Shown here piece by piece: positions 53,801 through 64,000 of a DNA stretch of 64,000 nucleotides (positions within the stretch are counted from its first letter, which is position 1; each line of letters starts with the position of its first letter). A model generated the notes under the pieces. That model was not told where the DNA came from. It did not search any database and saw only the letters and a list, made by a program, of their open reading frames with translations. The translations under genes and the position numbers were made by a program. The stretch spans positions 430,838,001-430,902,000 of the forward strand of contig OZ024740.1 in NCBI GenBank assembly GCA_964016885.1, written 5' to 3'. Source of the DNA: Eledone cirrhosa (Eukaryota).

Positions 53801-56800
53801 TATAGTGTTACTTAACTCAGCAGAAGATATGGTGTTACTTAACTTAGCAGATGATATAGTGTTACTTAACTGAGCAGATGATATAATGTTACTTAACTTA
53901 GCAGATGATATAGTGTTACTTAACTTAGCAGATCATATAGTGTTACTTAACTTAGCAGCTGATATAGTGTTACTTAACTTAGAAGATCATATAGTGTTAC
54001 TTAACTTAGCAGAAGATATAATATTATTTAACTTAGCAGATGATATAGTGTTACTTAACTTAGCAGAAGATATAATGTTACTTAACTTAGCAGATGATAT
54101 AGTGTTACTTAACTTAGCAGATGATATAGTGTTACTTAACTTAGTAGATGATATAGTGTTACTTAACTCAGCAGAAGGTAGAGTGTTACTTAACTTAGCA
54201 GATGATATAGTGTTACTTAACTTAGCAGATGATATAATGTTACTTAACTCAGCAGATGATATATTGTTACTTAACTGAGCAGATGATATAGTGTTACTTA
54301 ACTTAGCAGATGATATAGTGTTACTTAACTTAGCAGATGATATAGTGTTACTTAACTTAGCAGATGATATAGTGTTACTTAACTTAGCAGATGATATAGC
54401 GTTACTTAACTTAGCAGATGATATAATGTTACTTAACTTAGCAGATAATATGGTGTTACTTAACTCAGCAGATGATATTATGTTACTTAACTTAGCAGAT
54501 GATATAGTGTTAGTTAACTTAGCAGATGATATAGTGTTACTTAACTTAGCAGATGATATAGTGTTACTTAACTTAGCAGATGATATAATGTTACATAACT
54601 TAGCAGATGATATAATGTTACTTAACTTAGCAGATGATATAGTGTTACTTAACTTAGCAGATGATATAGTGTTCCTTAACTTAGCATATGATATAGTGTT
54701 ACTTAACTTAGCAGATGATATAATGTTACTTAACTTAGCAGATGATATAGTGTTACTTAACTTAGCAGATGATATAGTGTTACTTAACTGAGCAGATGAT
54801 ATAATGTTACTTAACTTAGCAGATGATATAGTGTTACTTAACTTAGCAGATAATATAGTGTTACTTAACTTAGCAGATGATATAATGTTACTTAACTTAG
54901 CAGATGATATAGTGTTACTTAACTTAGCAGATGATATAGTGTTACTTAACTTAACAGATGATATAGTGTTACTTAACTGAGCAGATGATATAATGTTACT
55001 TAACTTAGCAGAAGGTATAGTGTTACTTAACTTAGCAGATGATATAGTGTTACTTAACTTAGCAGATGATATAGTGTTACTTAACTGAGCAGATGATATA
55101 ATGTTACTTAACTGGGCAGATGATATAATGTTACTTAGCTTAGCAGATGATATACTGTTACTTAACTTAGCATATGATATAATGTTACTTAACTGAGCAG
55201 ATGATATAGTGTTACTTAACTTAGCAGATGATATAGAGTTACTTAACTGAGCAGATGATATAATGTTACTTAACTTAGCAGATGATATAGTGTTACTTAA
55301 CTAAGCAGAAGATATAATGTTACTTAACTTAGCAGATGATATAGTGTTACTTAACTTAGCAGATGATATAGTGTTACTTAACTTAGAAGATGATATAGTG
55401 TTACTAAACTCAGCAGAAGATATGGTGTTACTTAACTTAGCAGATGATATAGTGTTACTTAACTGAGCAGATGATATAATGTTACTTAACTTAGCAGATG
55501 ATATAGTGTTACTTAACTTAGCAGATTATATAGTGTTACTTAACTGAGCAGATGTTATAGTGTTACTTAACTTAGCAGATGATATAGTGTTACTTAACTG
55601 AGGAGATGATATAGTGTTACATAACTGAGCAGATGATATAGTGTTACTTAACTTAGCAGAAGATATAATGTTACTTAACTTAGCAGATGATATAGTGTTA
55701 CTTAACTTAGCAGATGATATACTGTTACTTAACTTAGCAGATGATATAATGTTACTTAACTTAGCAGATAATATAGTGTTACTTAACTTAGCAGATGATA
55801 TAGTGTTACTTAAATTAGCAGATGATATATGTTACTTAACTCAGCAGATGATATATTGTTACTTAACTTAGCAGATGATATAGTGTTACTTAACTTAGCA
55901 GATGATATTGTGTTACTTAACTGAGCAGATGTTATAGTGTTACTTAACTTAGCAAATGATATAGTGTTACTTAACTGAGGAGATGATATAGTGTTACTTA
56001 ATATAGCAGATTATATAGTGTTACTTAAATTAGCAGATGATACAGTGTTACTTAAACTTAGCAGATAATATAGTGTTACTTAACTTAGCAGATGATATAA
56101 TGTTACTTAACTTAGCAGATGATATAGTTTTACTTAACTTAGCAGATGATATAGTGTTACTTAACTTAGCAGATGATATAATGTTACTTAACTTAGCAGA
56201 TAATATGGTGTTACTTAACTCAGCAGATGATATAATGTTACTTAACTTAGCAGATGATATAGTGTTACTTAACTTAGCAGATGATATAGTGTTACTTAAC
56301 TTAGCCGATGATATAATGTTACTTAACTTAGCAGATGATATAATGTTACTTAACTTAGCAGATGATATAATGTTACTTAACTTAGCAGATGATATAGTGT
56401 TACTTAACTTAGCAGATGATATAGTGTTACTTAACTTAGCAGATGATATAGTGTTACTTAACTTAGCAGATGATATAATGTTACTTAACTTAGCAGATGA
56501 TATAGTGTTACTTAACTTAGCAGATAATATAGTGTTACTTAACTTAGCAGATGATATAATGTTACTTAACTTAGCAGATGATATAGTTTTACTTAACTTA
56601 GCAGATGATATAGTGTTACTTAACTTAGCAGATGATATAGTGTTACTTAACTGAGCAGATGATATAACGTTACTTAACTTAGCAGAAGATATAGTGTTAC
56701 TTAACTTAGCAGATGATAAAGTGTTACTTAACTTAGCAGATGATATAGTGTTACTTAACTGAGCAGATGATACAATGTTACTTAACTTAGCAGATGATAT

Positions 56801-59800
56801 AGTGTTACTTAACTTAGCAGATTATATAGTGTTACTTAACTGAGCAGATGTTATAGTGTTACTTAACTTAGCAGATGATATAGTGTTACTTAACTGAGGA
56901 GATGATATAGTGTTACATAACTAAGCAGATGATATAGTGTTACTTAACTTAGCAGAAGATATAATGTTACTTAACTTAGCAGATGATATAGTGTTACTTA
57001 ACTTAGCAGATGATATACTGTTACTTAACTTAGCAGATGATATAATGTTACTTAACTTAGCAGATGATATAGTGTTACTTAACTTAGCAGATGATATAGT
57101 GTTACTTAAATTAGCAGATGATATATGTTACTTAACTCAGCAGATGATATATTGTTACTTAACTTAGCAGATGATATAGTGTTACTTAACTTAGCAGATG
57201 ATATAGTGTTACTTAACTGAGCAGATGTTATAGTGTTACTTAACTTAGCAAATGATATAGTGTTACTTAACTGAGGAGATGATATAGTGTTACTTAATAT
57301 AGCAGATTATATAGTGTTATTTAAATTAGCAGATGATACAGTGTTACTTAAACTTAGCAGATGATATAGTGTTACTTAACTGAGCAGATGATATAATGTT
57401 ACTTAACTTAGCAGATAAAATGGTGTTACTTAACTCAGCAGATGATATAATGTTACTTAACTTAGCAGATGATATAGTGTTACTTAACTTAGCAGATGAT
57501 ATAGTGTTACTTAACTTAGCCGATGATATAATGTTACTTAACTTAGCAGATGATATAATGTTACTTAACTTAGCAGATGATATAATGTTACTTAACTTAG
57601 CAGATGATATAGTGTTACTTAACTTAGCAGATGATATAGTGTTACTTAACTTAGCAGATGATATAGTGTTACTTAACTTAGCAGATGATATAATGTTACT
57701 TAACTTAGCAGATGATATAGTGTTACTTAACTTAGCAGATGATATAGTGTTACTTAACTTAACAGATGATATAGTGTTACTTAACTGAGCAGATGATATA
57801 ATGTTACTTAACTTAGCAGAAGATATAGTGTTACTTAACTTAGCAGATGATATAGTGTTACTTAACTGAGGAGATGATATAGTGTTACATAACTGAGCAG
57901 ATGATATAGTGTTACTTAACTTAGCAGAAGATATAATGTTACTTAACTTAGCAGATGATATAGTGTTACTTAACTTAGCAGATGATATACTGTTACTTAA
58001 CTTAGCAGATGATATAATGTTACTTAACTTAGCAGATGATATAGTGTTACTTAACTTAGCAGATGATATAGTGTTACTTAAATTAGCAGATGATATATGT
58101 TACTTAACTCAGCAGATGATATATTGTTACTTAACTTAGCAGATGATATAGTGTTACTTAACTTAGCAGATGATATTGTGTTACTTAACTGAGCAGATGT
58201 TATAGTGTTACTTAACTTAGCAAATGATATAGTGTTACTTAACTGAGGAGATGATATAGTGTTACTTAATATAGCAGATTATATAGTGTTACTTAAATTA
58301 GCAGATGATACAGTGTTACTTAAACTTAGCAGATGATATAGTGTTACTTAACTGAGCAGATGATATAATGTTACTTAACTTAGCAGATAATATGGTGTTA
58401 CTTAACTCAGCAGATGATATAATGTTACTTAACTTAGCAGATGATATAGTGTTACTTAACTTAGCAGATGATATAGTGTTACTTAACTTAGCCGATGATA
58501 TAATGTTACTTAACTTAGCAGATGATATAATGTTACTTAACTTAGCAGATGATATAATGTTACTTAACTTAGCAGATGATATAGTGTTACTTAACTTAGC
58601 AGATGATATAGTGTTACTTAACTTAGCAGATGATATAGTGTTACTTAACTTAGCAGATGATATAATGTTACTTAACTTAGCAGATGATATAGTGTTACTT
58701 AACTTAGCAGATAATATAGTGTTACTTAACTTAGCAGATGATATAATGTTACTTAACTTAGCAGATGATATAGTGTTACTTAACTTAGCAGATGATATAG
58801 TGTTACTTAACTTAGCAGATGATATAGTGTTACTTAACTGAGCAGATGATATAACGTTACTTAACTTAGCAGAAGATATAGTGTTACTTAACTTAGCAGA
58901 TGATATAGTGTTACTTAACTTAGCAGATGATATAGTGTTACTTAACTGAGCAGATGATACAATGTTACTTAACTTAGCAGATGATATAGTGTTACTTAAC
59001 TTAGCAGATTATATAGTGTTACTTAACTGAGCAGATGTTATAGTGTTACTTAACTTAGCAGATGATATAGTGTTACTTAACTGAGGAGATGATATAGTGT
59101 TACATAACTAAGCAGATGATATAGTGTTACTTAACTTAGCAGAAGATATAATGTTACTTAACTTAGCAGATGATATAGTGTTACTTAACTTAGCAGATGA
59201 TATACTGTTACTTAACTTAGCAGATGATATAATGTTACTTAACTTAGCAGATGATATAGTGTTACTTAACTTAGCAGATGATATAGTGTTACTTAAATTA
59301 GCAGATGATATATGTTACTTAACTCAGCAGATGATATATTGTTACTTAACTTAGCAGATGATATAGTGTTACTTAACTTAGCAGATGATATAGTGTTACT
59401 TAACTGAGCAGATGTTATAGTGTTACTTAACTTAGCAAATGATATAGTGTTACTTAACTGAGGAGATGATATAGTGTTACTTAATATAGCAGATTATATA
59501 GTGTTATTTAAATTAGCAGATGATACAGTGTTACTTAAACTTAGCAGATGATATAGTGTTACTTAACTGAGAAGATGATATAATGTTACTTAACTTAGCA
59601 GATAAAATGGTGTTACTTAACTCAGCAGATGATATAATGTTACTTAACTTAGCAGATGAAATAGTGTTACTTAACTTAGCAGATGATATAGTGTTACTTA
59701 ACTTAGCCGATGATATAATGTTACTTAACTTAGCAGATGATATAATGTTACTTAACTTAGCAGATGATATAATGTTACTTAACTTAGCAGATGATATAGT

Positions 59801-62800
59801 GTTACTTAACTTAGCAGATGATATAGTGTTACTTAACTTAGCAGATGATATAGTGTTACTTAACTTAGCAGATGATATAATGTTACTTAACTTAGCAGAT
59901 GATATAGTGTTACTTAACTTAGCAGATGATATAGTGTTACTTAACTTAACAGATGATATAGTGTTACTTAACTGAGCAGATGATATAATGTTACTTAACT
60001 TAGCAGAAGATATAGTGTTACTTAACTTAGCAGATGATATAGTGTTACTTAACTTAGCAGATGATATAGTGTTACTTAACTGAGCAGATGATATAATGTT
60101 ACTTAACTTAGCAGAGGATATAGTGTTACTTAACTTAGCAGAAGATATAATGTTACTTAACTTAGCAGATGATATAGTGTTACTTAAGTTAGCAGATGAT
60201 ATACTGTTACTTAACTGAGCAGATGATATAGTGTTACTTAACTGAGCAGATGATATAATGTTACTTAACTTAGCAGATGATATAGTGTTACTTAACTTAG
60301 CAGATGATATAGTGTTACTAAACTTAACAGATGATATAGTGTTACTTAACTGAGCAGATGATATAATGTTACTTAACTTAGCAGAAGATATAGTGTTACT
60401 TAACTTAGCAGATGATATAGTGTTACTTAACTTAGCAGATGATATAGTGTTACTTAACTGAGCAGATGATATAATGTTACTTAACTTAGCAGAGGATATA
60501 GTGTTACTTAACTTAGCAGAAGATATAATGTTACTTAACTTAGCAGATGATATAGTGTTACTTAAGTTAGCAGATGATATACTGTTACTTAACTGAGCAG
60601 ATGATATAGTGTTACTTAACTGAGCAGATGATATAATGTTACTTAACTGAGCAGATGATATAGTGTTACTTAACTGAGCAGATGATATAATGTTACTTAA
60701 CTGAGCAGATGATATAGTGTTACTTAGCTTAGCAGATGATATACTGTTACTTAACTTAGCAGATGATATAATGTTACTTAACTGAGCAGATGATATAGTG
60801 TTACTTAACTTAGCAGATGATATAGAGTTACTTAACTGAGCAGATGATATAATGTTACTTAACTTAGCAGATGATATAGTGTTACTTAACTAAGCAGGAG
60901 ATATAATGTTACTTAACTTAGCAGATGATATAGTGTTACTTAACTTAGCAGATGATATAGTGTTACTTAACTTAGAAGATGATATAGTGTTACTTAACTC
61001 AGCAGAAGATATGGTGTTACTTAACTTAGCAGATGATATAGTGTTACTTAACTGAGCAGATGATATAATGTTACTTAACTTAGCAGATGATATAGTGTTA
61101 CTTAACTTAGCAGATGATATAGTGTTACTTAACTTAGCAGCTGATATAGTGTTACTTAACTTAGAAGATCATATAGTGTTACTTAACTTAGCAGAAGATA
61201 TAATATTATTTAACTTAGCAGATGATATAGTGTTACTTAACTTAGCAGAAGATATAATGTTACTTAACTTAGCAGATGATATAGTGTTACTTAACTTAGC
61301 AGATGATATAGTGTTACTTAACTTAGTAGATGATATAGTGTTACTTAACTCAGCAGAAGGTAGAGTGTTACTTAACTTAGCAGATGATATAGTGTTACTT
61401 AACTTAGCAGATGATATAATGTTACTTAACTCAGCAGATGATATATTGTTACTTAACTGAGCAGATGATATAGTGTTACTTAACTTAGCAGATGATATAG
61501 TGTTACTTAACTTAGCAGATGATATAGTGTTACTTAACTTAGCAGATGATATAGTGTTACTTAACTTAGCAGATGATATAGCGTTACTTAACTTAGCAGA
61601 TGATATAATGTTACTTAACTTAGCAGATAATATGGTGTTACTTAACTCAGCAGATGATATTATGTTACTTAACTTAGCAGATGATATAGTGTTAGTTAAC
61701 TTAGCAGATGATATAGTGTTACTTAACTTAGCAGATGATATAGTGTTACTTAACTTAGCAGATGATATAATGTTACATAACTTAGCAGATGATATAATGT
61801 TACTTAACTTAGCAGATGATATAGTGTTACTTAACTTAGCAGATGATATAGTGTTCCTTAACTTAGCATATGATATAGTGTTACTTAACTTAGCAGATGA
61901 TATAATGTTACTTAACTTAGCAGATGATATAGTGTTACTTAACTTAGCAGATGATATAGTGTTACTTAACTGAGCAGATGATATAATGTTACTTAACTTA
62001 GCAGATGATATAGTGTTACTTAACTTAGCAGATAATATAGTGTTACTTAACTTAGCAGATGATATAATGTTACTTAACTTAGCAGATGATATAGTGTTAC
62101 TTAACTTAGCAGATGATATAGTGTTACTTAACTTAACAGATGATATAGTGTTACTTAACTGAGCAGATGATATAATGTTACTTAACTTAGCAGAAGATAT
62201 AGTGTTACTTAACTTAGCAGATGATATAGTGTTACTTAACTTAGCAGATGATATAGTGTTACTTAACTGAGCAGATGATATAATGTTACTTAACTGGGCA
62301 GATGATATAATGTTACTTAGCTTAGCAGATGATATACTGTTACTTAACTTAGCATATGATATAATGTTACTTAACTGAGCAGATGATATAGTGTTACTTA
62401 ACTTAGCAGATGATATAGAGTTACTTAACTGAGCAGATGATATAATGTTACTTAACTTAGCAGATGATATAGTGTTACTTAACTAAGCAGAAGATATAAT
62501 GTTACTTAACTTAGCAGATGATATAGTGTTACTTAACTTAGCAGATGATATAGTGTTACTGAACTTAGAAGATGATATAGTGTTACTAAACTCAGCAGAA
62601 GATATGGTGTTACTTAACTTAGCAGATGATATAGTGTTACTTAACTGAGCAGATGATATAATGTTACTTAACTTAGCAGATGATATAGTGTTACTTAACT
62701 TAGCAGATTATATAGTGTTACTTAACTGAGCAGATGTTATAGTGTTACTTAACTTAGCAGATGATATAGTGTTACTTAACTGAGGAGATGATATAGTGTT

Positions 62801-64000
62801 ACATAACTGAGCAGATGATATAGTGTTACTTAACTTAGCAGAAGATATAATGTTACTTAACTTAGCAGATGATATAGTGTTACTTAACTTAGCAGATGAT
62901 ATACTGTTACTTAACTTAGCAGATGATATAATGTTACTTAACTTAGCAGATGATATAGTGTTACTTAACTTAGCAGATGATATAGTGTTACTTAAATTAG
63001 CAGATGATATATGTTACTTAACTCAGCAGATGATATATTGTTACTTAACTTAGCAGATGATATAGTGTTACTTAACTTAGCAGATGATATTGTGTTACTT
63101 AACTGAGCAGATGTTATAGTGTTACTTAACTTAGCAAATGATATAGTGTTACTTAACTGAGGAGATGATATAGTGTTACTTAATATAGCAGATTATATAG
63201 TGTTACTTAAATTAGCAGATGATACAGTGTTACTTAAACTTAGCAGATGATATAGTGTTACTTAACTGAGCAGATGATATAATGTTACTTAACTTAGCAG
63301 ATAATATGGTGTTACTTAACTCAGCAGATGATATAATGTTACTTAACTTAGCAGATGATATAGTGTTACTTAACTTAGCAGATGATATAGTGTTACTTAA
63401 CTTAGCCGATGATATAATGTTACTTAACTTAGCAGATGATATAATGTTACTTAACTTAGCAGATGATATAGTGTTACTTAACTTAGCAGATGATATAGTG
63501 TTACTTAACTTAGCAGATGATATAGTGTTACTTAACTTAGCAGATGATATAATGTTACTTAACTTAGCAGATGATATAATGTTACTTAACTTAGCAGATG
63601 ATATAGTGTTACTTAACTTAGCAAATGATATAGTGTTACTTAACTTAGCAGATGATATAGTGTTACTTAACTGAGCAGATGATATAACGTTACTTAACTT
63701 AGCAGAAGATATAGTGTTACTTAACTTAGCAGATGATATAGTGTTACTTAACTTAGCAGATGATATAGTGTTACTTAACTGAGCAGATGATACAATGTTA
63801 CTTAACTTAGCAGATGATATAGTGTTACTTAACTTAGCAGATTATATAGTGTTACTTAACTGAGCAGATGTTATAGTGTTACTTAACTTAGCAGATGATA
63901 TAGTGTTACTTAACTGAGGAGATGATATAGTGTTACATAACTAAGCAGATGATATAGTGTTACTTAACTTAGCAGAAGATATAATGTTACTTAACTTAGC
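5808..64000. repeat. 27-bp satellite array, over 58 kb and about 2,150 monomers; consensus GCAGATGATATA(G/A)TGTTACTTAACT(T/G)A
   Basis: 27-bp periodicity with no interruption seen up to the window end. Two common dimorphic sites (GTG/ATG and TTA/TGA) plus rarer diagnostic variants and occasional 26- and 28-bp monomers. Confidence 0.99.

Noticed and set aside
5819-63674. Dozens of (LLNLADDIV)n ORFs resembling leucine-rich-repeat proteins, including 310 aa at 5819-6751
   Set aside because: These are translations of the 27-bp satellite. The 9-aa period is not an LRR, TTA>TGA stops are very common, and 26/28-bp monomers shift the frame freely, so there is no sign of coding constraint.

Overview
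Eukaryotic, gene-free, repeat-only DNA, probably animal (the SINE and RTE sequences resemble octopus/cephalopod repeats as I recall them; not verified). About 91% of the window (5808-64000, running off the right edge) is one 27-bp satellite, GCAGATGATATAGTGTTACTTAACTTA, with about 2,150 monomers and kb-scale higher-order duplications. The array starts exactly at the catalytic [F/Y]ADD motif of a decayed RTE-like LINE reverse transcriptase fragment (5541-5819), and its monomer reads ADDIVLLNL, so it appears to be the amplified RT active-site sequence. The first 5.8 kb is a nest of transposon remnants: a 5'-truncated RTE 3' end, two tRNA-derived SINEs, a TA-flanked MITE and a CR1-like LINE 3' end. 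Four smaller tandem arrays (48, 48, 64 and 61 bp) lie among them, and at least two are demonstrably amplified pieces of LINE coding sequence. None of the ORFs in the supplied track is supported as a real gene.
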